Source: Gemmataceae bacterium (lineage in GTDB: Bacteria > Planctomycetota > Planctomycetia > Gemmatales > Gemmataceae). From it: a stretch of 17,973 nt of DNA. Position numbers and translations under genes: made by a program. The DNA lies in contig JAKEHV010000558.1 of the NCBI GenBank assembly GCA_022614915.1, positions 1 through 17,973 of the forward strand, given 5' to 3'. Position 1 is the stretch's first letter; every line of letters begins with the position of its first letter. Below, one piece after another: positions 7,753 to 15,753 of the stretch. The notes under the pieces were generated by a model. It saw nothing but the letters and a program-made list of their open reading frames with translations, searched no databases and was not told the DNA's origin.

Positions 7753-9504
7753 TCACCTCGCCTTGCGCACGTGCAGTAATATTGGATCTGTACCCTCGAT
7801 GGTATCGCGCCGCGTCAGTGCCAAAACCTGATCCGGCGTCACGCAGTCGGCAGGGTCGCGCTTTGGGTCGGGCCGCAGCCAGCGTTTGAAGCTGAGGCTG
7901 TAGGACAGCCCGCTATGGGGAAGCGTGAAGTTGAGCGTGTCGCCGTAAGAAGACGGGGCGTTGCCGGTCGGCTCGCCGAGCACCTTGCCGATCTTGTTGT
8001 CTTGCACGAAGACAGCGAACCAATTGCCGCTGCTGAACGTGGCTTTTGAGGTCAGCACGAATACCTGACCGCGAAACGGCTTTTCGACGCGGGTGTTCGG
8101 AACTTTGCGCGGATCGTAGCGCATGACGCCGCTCGCCAATTTGGCAAGGCCGGTTTGCCGGGCGCGCGCCTCCTCGGACCAGCGAATAACACTGCCGGGT
8201 ACGTGGTAGCTGTCCACATCGACGTAGCGCAGAAATTCGTTGATCACGGTGGAGTTGCCGCCGCTGTTGCGACGCACATCCACCGCGATGCGGCTGATCT
8301 TCATTTGGCGCACGGCTTCAAAGAACTTGCGGAGCGAGTCCTTGTACAAATCGTTGTTTAGGCACTGGTCCACGATGAAGATGCCAAGGTCGTTGCTCTC
8401 GTCGATTTCGAAGCGGACCCACGGCGGACGACTGCCGGCGGCCGCGGCGCCTGCCAGCGACGCCGTTAACTCCAACTCTTTCCCATTGCGCTCGATCGTG
8501 ATCTTTACCGGCGCCTCGTCAACAATTCCGAGCGTGCGCAAGAAGCCCACGTCGCGCAGGAAGCTCTCCGCGCGATGCCGCACCCAATGAGCGTTTTCGG
8601 CTGGGAGGACCCCGCGCAGCAACTCGAGAAGTTGTGGCTCTGTTTTCGTACCGATGCGCACAAGGCGATCGCCTTTCTGCAGCGCGCCTGTGTTCGCATT
8701 CACGATCATGCCCTCACTGGTCCAAAGAAACGGCATGTCCAGCAATTCGCCGGTCCGCACCGGCTCGACGGCGGAATGCGCGTCGTGCAGCGTGTGCATG
8801 ACCCGGCTCAAAGTGAGCCAGAAACGGTCTCGGCGCATGGGGGCCGACAGCTCGTCACGCGCCCGCTTCAACGCCGCCTCGACGCCGCCCGGCAAACCGT
8901 CGATCGCCGCCGGGTGAACATTCTTGATTTTCGCCGCCAATTCCTCCAGATCGGCGACAAGTTGCTTCACCGCCAGAGCCGGGCCGACAAAGCTGCCCGC
9001 CGCCAAGATGCGCGTGCCGTCGGCAACCACCCATTCGGTCGGTCCGTGAAAGACGGCGTTGATTTCCGGCACATCTTCCGCTTTGGCAGCCGTATAGAGG
9101 ACAGCCCGGCGCTTGGGATCGTCGGGATTGCGGATTGCACAGATGACGCGCAGCCTCTTGCCCTCGAAGCGCTGGCCTTCGAGGACAACAGCGCCCTTGT
9201 CAAAAGAAAAGGGCAGCTTCAACGTGCGCAGCCAGGCATGTTCCGGCGTGCCATAAACGATGACATCGACGCCGGCGAAGCGCTTGTCGAGCGGCTCCTT
9301 GTCGTCGATGAGCTCCGCCTTGGTAAAAAACTGCTTTTGCACAACTTGGGCAATGCTCTGGATCACGGGATCGTCTTGCGCGACGATTACCTGTTTGGGC
9401 CCGCCCAGAGCCGCGTTGATGCTGCCGGCGGGAACGAGTTCCTGCGAAAACGCAGCAAAAGGTATGGACCACACAAGAAAGCACAAAGCGATACGGTGGG
9501 ACAT
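7753..9504 (-). CDS. S41-family peptidase (C-terminal processing / tail-specific protease-like), secreted
   Basis: Signal peptide (MSHRIALCFLVWSIPFAAFSQ). The block RIAVDVRRNSGGNSTVINEF matches the S41 DxRxNxGG motif. PDZ-like LQKGDRLVRIG. Convergent with the flotillin gene. Confidence 0.7.
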   Translation of the reverse strand: MSHRIALCFLVWSIPFAAFSQELVPAGSINAALGGPKQVIVAQDDPVIQSIAQVVQKQFFTKAELIDDKEPLDKRFAGVDVIVYGTPEHAWLRTLKLPFSFDKGAVVLEGQRFEGKRLRVICAIRNPDDPKRRAVLYTAAKAEDVPEINAVFHGPTEWVVADGTRILAAGSFVGPALAVKQLVADLEELAAKIKNVHPAAIDGLPGGVEAALKRARDELSAPMRRDRFWLTLSRVMHTLHDAHSAVEPVRTGELLDMPFLWTSEGMIVNANTGALQKGDRLVRIGTKTEPQLLELLRGVLPAENAHWVRHRAESFLRDVGFLRTLGIVDEAPVKITIERNGKELELTASLAGAAAAGSRPPWVRFEIDESNDLGIFIVDQCLNNDLYKDSLRKFFEAVRQMKISRIAVDVRRNSGGNSTVINEFLRYVDVDSYHVPGSVIRWSEEARARQTGLAKLASGVMRYDPRKVPNTRVEKPFRGQVFVLTSKATFSSGNWFAVFVQDNKIGKVLGEPTGNAPSSYGDTLNFTLPHSGLSYSLSFKRWLRPDPKRDPADCVTPDQVLALTRRDTIEGTDPILLHVRKAR

Positions 9505-9579
9505 AGACCGCTCCGTTGCGGGGCTGCCTTCTTAACACTCCTAGCCTAGTCAAATTCCGGCGCGTGAATGCACCATGCC

Positions 9580-10020
9580 TCAGAAACGCCCGAATAAGCG
9601 AACCAACTTTCTGATGAAGGAGAAGTCTTCGTCGGACGTGCGATACGCGAACTTGCGGCCGACATGCTTGTTGACCATTACCAAAAGGATCACTCCGTCA
9701 TTCCCGACCCATTCCAATACCGTAACCCTGCCAGATTTCTCGATTTCGGCGGCAATGTCGCGCACGAGCCTGACGTTTCCTTGGCCGGTGTCTTGGAGTT
9801 TATCTTCGACCGAATGGCAGTTGTACTTGCCCGGTGGACCGAGAATTGCCAAAACGTCTCGCTCCGGCATTCCTTCAACGATTGTGGCAGATCGAGCAAC
9901 TCCAATGTTGTGGTGGCAAAAGGAAATACATTCAATGGCACAGTTCACTAGAACTAGAATCACGACGAAAATGAGCAGCCCTACCAAGCAGCAGACACGT
10001 CTTCTTGTGCACGGAGCCAT
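9580..10020 (-). CDS. Small membrane-anchored protein with a BamE/SmpA-OmlA-like domain, in a low-GC patch
   Basis: N-terminal TM (VCCLVGLLIFVVILVLV). TIVEGMPERDVLAILGPPGKY matches the SmpA_OmlA signature (GM...V...LG.P). On the minus strand, GGAGG sits 5 nt upstream of the ATG (ggataac...aaagggaggcacatATG). Local GC (~47%) is well below the flanks. Confidence 0.45.
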   Translation of the reverse strand: MAPCTRRRVCCLVGLLIFVVILVLVNCAIECISFCHHNIGVARSATIVEGMPERDVLAILGPPGKYNCHSVEDKLQDTGQGNVRLVRDIAAEIEKSGRVTVLEWVGNDGVILLVMVNKHVGRKFAYRTSDEDFSFIRKLVRLFGRF

Positions 10021-10242
10021 ATGTGCCTCCCTTTTCTTATACTTTACTCTTCAATAGTTATCCATTGGGACGGACGACTTTTGGCTGATACTTCGTCAAC
10101 AATATGATCCGACGCGAGGGCACCCGCAGCGACAATTCGCTGCCGATCGGCGATTACATGTCCGCTGATGTGTGCGGAAGGGTAATTGGTGGCACAAATC
10201 TCAGGGAGGGCGGCCTGCGCTTGAAGGACGCGCCGAAACTCG

Positions 10243-12267
10243 GTGGATAGTCGAATCAGTCGCACCATGGCAGAATCAGCGTCACAACCATTGTCGCCTT
10301 CCCAAGGAATTCTCAGTCAACTCCGAATCCGGCTAGGCCTAGGTCTTTTGCGCTTGGCGACCGAAGGCCGCCCGTCCGAGGCGGATGCCATTGCCGTTAT
10401 CCACACCGCGCTCGATCAGGGCGTTCGTCTGCTTGATACGGCCGACTCCTATGCGCAGAGCGACGCCGATTTTCACTATGGCGAGCGATTGGCAAGTCAA
10501 GCGTTAGCATCGTGGCAGGGACCCAAGGACGAAATCAAAGTCCTTACCAAGGCCGGCCTGACTCGACCCAAAGGGCGCTGGGTCCCCAACGGCCGGCCTG
10601 AGCACTTGCGGAAGGCGGTCGACGGCAGTCTGCAAGCCCTTGGCGTCGAGCGGCTGTTCCTGTTGCAACTTCATGCCCACGATCCACGCGTGCCGTTCGA
10701 GGAAACGCTCGCAGCGCTGGCCGAATTGCAGCGCGCGGGCAAAGTCGAGCATTTGGGACTTTGCAATGTCACTCCGTTGGAGCTCAAGCAAGCGCAGCGG
10801 CACTTTCGCGTGGCCGTCGTGCAGAACGAACTGAGTGTACTCAATCGCAAGAGCGCGGCGGACGGCATGCTGGAATGGACGAGGCAGCAAGGGATACCTT
10901 TCCTGGCGCATCGGCCGCTCGGCGGCTACGCCAAGGTTGCCCGCCTTGCCAAGAACCAGGTGCTCGGACCGCTCGCCGAACGGCACAACGCGACGCCGCA
11001 CCAGGTTGCCTTGGCCGCTCTCTTAGTCGCAAGCCCGCACGTCGTGCCGCTGGTCGGCGCCACCCGCGCCGAAAGCGTGCTCTCCTCAGTGGCCGCGCTA
11101 CGCATCTCGCTAGATGTGAGCGACCGCACGGCGTTGGAAATGCGCTATTCGTTCGCCGCGGAACCCGACGCGCTCGCCTTCATCGCACCCCCTACTCCAA
11201 TCATCGAACAGAAGGCTGCCCCTTCACGCCTTCACCCTTTCACCCCTTCACCTCTTCCCGCTGCTGTGCCAGCCCAAGCCCAAACACTAAGTCCCGGCGC
11301 CGATCCCGAGGTCGTGCTTCTCACGGGCATTCAAGGGGCGGGAAAGTCGGAATTGGTCGCGACTTATCTCGAAAAGGGCTATGCACGCCTTAATCGCGAT
11401 CTGTTGGGCGGCAAGCTTGATGACCTGGTGCCGCGCCTCGTGCAGCACTTGCGCTCGGGACAAATACGCGTGGTCTTGGACAACACCTATCCAACGCGGG
11501 TATCGCGCGCTCCGGTCATCGCCGCCGCGCTGGCTCATGGCGTGCCGGTGCATTGCCGGCATCTGGCGACGCCGCTCGCTGAGGCGCACATCAACATCGT
11601 CCTGCGCACCTTGGCGAAATACGGCCGGCTTTTGGGTCCGGAAGACATGAAAGCGCTCAACAAAACCGACCCGAACCTGCCGCCGCCGCCCGCGCTTTTG
11701 CGCTACGTCGGCAGCTTCGAGCCGCCGGCGCTCGACGAAGGCTTCACGGCCTTGGAGACGATCCCGTTCGTCCGCCGGGTCAATCAGCGCCACACCGAGA
11801 AAGGCATTTTGCTCGACGTGGATGGCACGCTGCGCAAAACGCGCAGCGGCGAGATTTATCCGCGCCATCCCGACGACCAGGAGCTGTTGCCCGGTCGCCG
11901 GCCGACGCTGGCCCGTTGGATCGAAGCGGGCTATCGGCTTTTCTTCGTCTCGAACCAAAGCGGCGTCGCCTCGGGCAAGCTCGACCGGGCAGTTGCGGAA
12001 GCGGCATTTCTGCGCACCGCCGAGATTTTGCAATTGCCGGTCGCGGAGGTCGCCTATTGCCCGCACCCCGCCTTCCCCGTCGGCTGCTATTGCCGAAAAC
12101 CGATGCCTGGTCTTGGCATCTATTTGATGCAACGCCATCGGCTGGCCCGCGAACAGCTCATCGTCGTGGGCGACATGGACAGCGACGCGCAATTCGCCGC
12201 CGGATTGGGCGCACGCTACTTCGATGCGACAACGTTCTTCGCCCTCAACGGCCCGAGACCAGAATAG
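10243..12267 (+). CDS. Tri-domain fusion: aldo/keto reductase + PNK-like P-loop kinase + HAD-IIIA phosphatase (GmhB/PNKP-like, Zn-binding Cys loop)
   Basis: AKR domain aa ~20-300: LDTADSYA, VLTKAG, LLQLHAHDP (catalytic D/Y/K/H positions). A Pro-rich linker follows. The Walker A motif (LLTGIQGAGKS), VVLDNTY and the R-x3-R motif (TRVSR) match a T4-Pnk-like kinase. The HAD motif I (LLDVDGTL), plus CPHPAFPVGCYCRKPMPGLG and VVGDMDSD, match the GmhB/PNKP-type phosphatase with a Cys zinc loop. The start is 10243, with ATG 10267 as an alternative. Confidence 0.7.
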   Translation: MDSRISRTMAESASQPLSPSQGILSQLRIRLGLGLLRLATEGRPSEADAIAVIHTALDQGVRLLDTADSYAQSDADFHYGERLASQALASWQGPKDEIKVLTKAGLTRPKGRWVPNGRPEHLRKAVDGSLQALGVERLFLLQLHAHDPRVPFEETLAALAELQRAGKVEHLGLCNVTPLELKQAQRHFRVAVVQNELSVLNRKSAADGMLEWTRQQGIPFLAHRPLGGYAKVARLAKNQVLGPLAERHNATPHQVALAALLVASPHVVPLVGATRAESVLSSVAALRISLDVSDRTALEMRYSFAAEPDALAFIAPPTPIIEQKAAPSRLHPFTPSPLPAAVPAQAQTLSPGADPEVVLLTGIQGAGKSELVATYLEKGYARLNRDLLGGKLDDLVPRLVQHLRSGQIRVVLDNTYPTRVSRAPVIAAALAHGVPVHCRHLATPLAEAHINIVLRTLAKYGRLLGPEDMKALNKTDPNLPPPPALLRYVGSFEPPALDEGFTALETIPFVRRVNQRHTEKGILLDVDGTLRKTRSGEIYPRHPDDQELLPGRRPTLARWIEAGYRLFFVSNQSGVASGKLDRAVAEAAFLRTAEILQLPVAEVAYCPHPAFPVGCYCRKPMPGLGIYLMQRHRLAREQLIVVGDMDSDAQFAAGLGARYFDATTFFALNGPRPE

Positions 12268-12338
12268 ACTCGACTACACTGGCGTTCCAAACCCGATAAA
12301 CTAGTAGTGTCACACTCAGTTGAGGTAGGGTGCAAGTA

Positions 12339-12671
12339 GTGAACAAGCGCTTTTTGATGAACGCCGGCCGAACGACCAAGCAAGGACAGCAAATCAACGT
12401 GGGCAAAGATTCCGCTGAATATCAAGCAATCGTCAACACCATCACGATGCACGCGGACGATATGAAGGAAGTGGGCATTGCCGCCGGCGCCACCGTCCGC
12501 GTCCGTTCCGATAATGGCGAGGCGCTTTTTCAGTGCAAAGAAGGTAAAGTCCCTCCGGGGATGATTTTCGTGCCGTATGGACCGCCGACTTGCCGCCTCA
12601 TGGGCCAAACCACCGACGGCACCGGCATGCCCACGTCGAAGGGTTGGGAAGTCGAAGTGGAACCGGCATAG
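12339..12671 (+). CDS. fwdD: Formylmethanofuran dehydrogenase subunit D-like (stand-alone molybdopterin-dinucleotide-binding domain)
   Basis: ~110-aa protein (NAGRTTKQGQ...TDGTGMPTSKGWEVEVE) resembling FwdD/FmdD (MxVxLNTGRTxxQG...TDGTGMP). Directly upstream of fwdB. The start is GTG 12339 or GTG 12330, with GAGGT upstream. Confidence 0.65.
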   Translation: MNKRFLMNAGRTTKQGQQINVGKDSAEYQAIVNTITMHADDMKEVGIAAGATVRVRSDNGEALFQCKEGKVPPGMIFVPYGPPTCRLMGQTTDGTGMPTSKGWEVEVEPA

Positions 12672-12879
12672 GCCAGGAGTCAGAGGTTATGGAAGTGAAG
12701 CGAGACGATCTTGTGGAACAGGCGGCGTGGGAATTGATCGACACGGGACGCTACAGGCCGCGCCGGATTCGGGGAAGCTGCCTTGGCCGGGAATTGGGCT
12801 GAACGTTCGTCGTGCCGCCCGGTACGGGCGCTGAGGCGAACGTTGAACACACTCCCATCCTGCCAACTGAGAACACGCA

Positions 12880-14211
12880 ATGACGTTATCCATTGTCAAA
12901 AACGCTACCTGCACCTTTTGCGGCTGCGTGTGCGACGATATCGAACTGCACGCCGAAGGCGAGAAAATCGTCAAGACCAAAGGCGCGTGCAGTCTCGGCG
13001 AATCTTGGTTCAAGCACCACACCGCCGAGCGGCTGTACCCGGATGCCTTGATCGACGGCAAACCCGCAACGGTCGATCACGCAGTCGAAGCAGCCGCCAA
13101 TTACCTTTACGACGCGAATATGCCGCTTGTCTATGGCCTCAGCAACATCACGTGCGAGGCCCAGCGCGAAGCAGTGTTTCTGGCTGAGATCATCGGCGGC
13201 GTCATCGACAGCCACACCTCGTTATGACACGGTCCCACGGAAATCGCCGCCCAGTTGGGCGGCAAGGTCTCGTGCACTCTCGGCGAAGTCAAGAACCGGT
13301 GCGACTTCATGATCTATTGGGGCGGCAACCCGGCCGAATGCCACCCGCGCCATTTCACCAAGTACTCGCTCACGCAAAAGGGCAAGTTCATCCCGAATGG
13401 CCGCAAGGATCGCACCATGGTCCTGGTGGACATTCGCGAAACGCCGAGCGCCAAAGCCGCGGACCTGTTCCTGCAAATTCGGCCCGGCAAGGATTTCGAA
13501 GTCATCACCGCCCTGCGCGCCATCATCAAAGATCAGCCTGTCAACCCGAAAAGCGTCGCCGAAACCGGCTTGACTGTCGAGCAATTGCAAGACCTGGTCA
13601 AACAGATGAAAGCTGCTCGCTTCGGCATCATCTTTTTCGGCATGGGCCTGTCGATGACGCGCGGCAAGCACATGAACTCCGCCGGCGTCTTGATGCTCGC
13701 CGCCGAGATGAACGCTTTCACCAAGTTCGTCGCCATGCCCATGCGCGGCCACGGCAACGTCACCGGCTCCGACATGGTTATGCGCTGGAGCACCGGCTAT
13801 CCCTTCGGCGTAAATCTGTGCCGCGGGTATCCGCGTTTCAACCCCGGCGAGTACTCCACCGTGGACCTCTTGGTCCGCGGCGACAACGACGCCGCCCTCA
13901 TCCTCGGCGCCGACCCCGGCGCGACCATGCCGCAACCCGGTATCGACCACCTCGCACGCATTCCCACGATTGTGCTCGACCCCAAAGTCACCCACACCAG
14001 CCGCATTTCGCGCGTGCACATCACCACCGCCGCCACCGGCGTCAGCGCGCCCGGCACCGTCTACCGCATGGACGAGATCCCGTTGCCCTTGCGGCCCGCG
14101 CTCAAGTCGCCGTATCCGACCGATGAGGAAGTGATCCGGCGGATTCGCGAGGCGGTGGCGAAAAAACCGGCGTGGCGGCCGAGCCCGAACGGGCAGATGG
14201 CAATTGTGTGA
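12880..14211 (+). CDS. fwdB: Formylmethanofuran dehydrogenase subunit B, selenocysteine-containing (in-frame TGA at 13225-13227 read as Sec)
   Basis: N-terminal Fe-S motif (CTFCGCVCDDIEL, as in FwdB). The ORF-track pieces 12880..13227 and 13255..14211 are in the same frame. The TGA context reads ...DSHTSL-U-HGPTEIAAQLGG, which matches the conserved U/C-H-G-P-[ST] active site of the formate-dehydrogenase/FwdB group. The total length of 443 aa equals a full-length FwdB. A GC hairpin at 13246-13263 downstream of the TGA is consistent with a bacterial SECIS. Confidence 0.7.
13240..13270 (+). other. Putative bacterial SECIS element (stem gccgccc / gggcggc, loop aguu) 18 nt downstream of the UGA
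   Basis: 7-bp GC stem at 13246-13252 paired with 13257-13263, 4-nt loop. The apical loop lies ~28-31 nt from the UGA, similar to the fdhF SECIS spacing. Confidence 0.5.
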
Positions 14212-14280
14212 ATGCGTTGTAACGATTACGATACATTCGTGAATGGTTGCCAGCCGAATGCCCGATGCAGAGGGACCACT

Positions 14281-14541
14281 ATGGCAAATCCTCAGGAAAA
14301 CGGTCAGGCGAAAATCGAAGAAGCGAGCAGCAAGGCTGAGAACGCTCGACTTACGGCTTTGGTGCAACAACTTCAAAGCGAATGCGAGACGTTGCGCCGC
14401 GCCCTCGCGAAAGCCGAAGAGGAGCGCAACCTCTATCTGAAAGCGGTGTATGAGCACCATCGTGCGAGCCGCGAGTTTGAAGACGTCGACATTCCCTCCC
14501 TCGAGGCGATCTCAGCAGGTCCCGTGGAATTGATCGATTAG
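14281..14541 (+). CDS. Small charged coiled-coil hypothetical protein (first gene of the low-GC insert)
   Basis: AGAGGGA lies 6 nt upstream of ATG 14281. The sequence (AKIEEASSKAENARLTALVQQLQSECETLRRALAKAEEERNLYLKAVYEHH) is heptad-like. No family recognised. Confidence 0.45.
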   Translation: MANPQENGQAKIEEASSKAENARLTALVQQLQSECETLRRALAKAEEERNLYLKAVYEHHRASREFEDVDIPSLEAISAGPVELID

Positions 14542-14556
14542 CGCGAGGACCGCCTG

Positions 14557-14847
14557 ATGCCCGCTGTCAAGGTTCATTGGACGCGCCTATCGAAGCCGCA
14601 ATTTGACGACTTGCGCAAGCGGGCGGAAGAAAGTGAACGGCTAGCGGAATTCAGTCGCGCCCACAACGAGATTGTCTTGGCGCTCCGCGATCTCGATCAA
14701 GCGATGACGAAAGGTGAGCCTGCCTACCGGACCCGTAAGTCCGGTGGCGTGCGGACCAGCAGGAGCAACGATCTGTCCTGCGGTATTCAATGCAAAATGC
14801 GGCAAAAGTCGCCAGAAAGAACCGCTATTGATTGCTCGATGAGCTAG
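14557..14847 (+). CDS. Hypothetical protein (96 aa)
   Basis: GAGGA lies 7 nt upstream of the ATG, which is 16 nt after the previous stop. No recognisable family. Confidence 0.4.
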   Translation: MPAVKVHWTRLSKPQFDDLRKRAEESERLAEFSRAHNEIVLALRDLDQAMTKGEPAYRTRKSGGVRTSRSNDLSCGIQCKMRQKSPERTAIDCSMS

Positions 14848-14884
14848 GATGAACCACTGGCATTCTTAGAATCGGAATAAAGCC

Positions 14885-15325
14885 ATGAGTGAGCAACTTG
14901 AACAACGCTTTGACGCAGCGATGATGGATATCTATCGTCGTGCAAAGTCAGAAGCAAATTACAACGCCAGTCGCTTCTTTCAGATGCTTACCGAGCATCG
15001 GGGTCTTGAGACAGCCCGTATCCTACTGCACGCGGACACGGTCTCGGAAGGTTACACTGCTCTTTGGGAGCGTGGCCGTCTCGACCTGACCGTTGAAGCG
15101 CTTATTCACGACCATCCTGAGTTTCATCCCCTGTTCACTCAGGAGGAGCTAGGCATTGCGCGACGGCGTCTGATTGACTACAAGTATCCGCCGCTTATTG
15201 ATCCTGTCGAGCCGCTCATTGGGCGGTTCCCAAGCAACGTCCCGAATTGGACGACCGAACACGACAAACACCTTGGGCAGGCGCTAATGGAGGAAATGCG
15301 CGGCAAGAGCGGCGCCGGGGGCTGA
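14885..15325 (+). CDS. Hypothetical protein, candidate cognate partner (antitoxin-position) of the downstream PIN toxin
   Basis: Its stop (TGA 15323-15325) is separated by 1 nt from the PIN gene ATG (gctGAcATGccg), i.e. translational coupling. No family recognised from sequence. Confidence 0.45.
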   Translation: MSEQLEQRFDAAMMDIYRRAKSEANYNASRFFQMLTEHRGLETARILLHADTVSEGYTALWERGRLDLTVEALIHDHPEFHPLFTQEELGIARRRLIDYKYPPLIDPVEPLIGRFPSNVPNWTTEHDKHLGQALMEEMRGKSGAGG

Positions 15326-15326
15326 C

Positions 15327-15743
15327 ATGCCGGAGTTGTTCGCGGACACGTCGGGGTGGGGGAATTTGGTGGACCCCACGGAGCCCTACCATTCATTGGC
15401 GGCAAGCATCTACCGCACGGCGCGCCAACAAGCACACAAACTCGTCACCACGAATTACGTTTTGGCTGAACTTGTGGCGTTGCTCACCAGTCCGCTTGGC
15501 TTTCCTCGGCCAACAATCGTAACAATCATCGACGGTTTCAAGCATTCACCCTTTGTCGAAGTAGTTCATGTGGACCAGGTCTTGGATTCGGCCGCGTGGC
15601 AACTCTTGCGAAATCGACTGGATAAGGACTGGAGCCTGGTTGACTGTGCGAGCTTTGTTCTTATGCAAAACCGTGGCATCATTGAAGCACTGACCACGGA
15701 TCATCACTTCGAACAGGCAGGGTTGGTCCGTCTCTTGAAATGA
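15327..15743 (+). CDS. vapC: PIN-domain ribonuclease (VapC-like toxin)
   Basis: All four PIN acidic residues are present in the expected places: LFADTSGW (D7), VLAELVAL (E), SLVDCASF (D), TTDHHFEQAG (D). Confidence 0.7.
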   Translation: MPELFADTSGWGNLVDPTEPYHSLAASIYRTARQQAHKLVTTNYVLAELVALLTSPLGFPRPTIVTIIDGFKHSPFVEVVHVDQVLDSAAWQLLRNRLDKDWSLVDCASFVLMQNRGIIEALTTDHHFEQAGLVRLLK

Positions 15744-15753
15744 GATTTCACGC

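Noticed and set aside
9575-10057. 160-aa plus-strand ORF overlapping the BamE-like gene
   Set aside because: No SD, and the translation is S/T/P-rich and non-globular. The minus-strand ORF has TM + SmpA_OmlA-like motif and a strong GGAGG.
10044-10268. 74-aa minus-strand ORF upstream of the BamE-like gene
   Set aside because: Overlaps the start of the AKR-fusion gene on the other strand. No SD or recognisable features.
11287-12192. 301-aa minus-strand ORF overlapping the kinase/HAD part of the fusion gene
   Set aside because: Antisense high-GC artefact. The plus frame carries Walker A, DxDGT and the GmhB Cys-loop motifs.
13225-13227. TGA interpreted as a nonsense mutation, making fwdB a pseudogene (two separate ORFs 12880..13227 and 13255..14211)
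   Set aside because: Same-frame continuation, conserved U-H-G-P-T context, full-length collinearity and a SECIS-like hairpin favour selenocysteine. Pseudogene remains the fallback if no Sec machinery exists in the genome.
13222-14460. 412-aa minus-strand and 300-aa plus-strand (13224..14126) ORFs over fwdB
   Set aside because: Arg/His/Gly-rich junk translations. The fwdB frame aligns to FwdB end-to-end.
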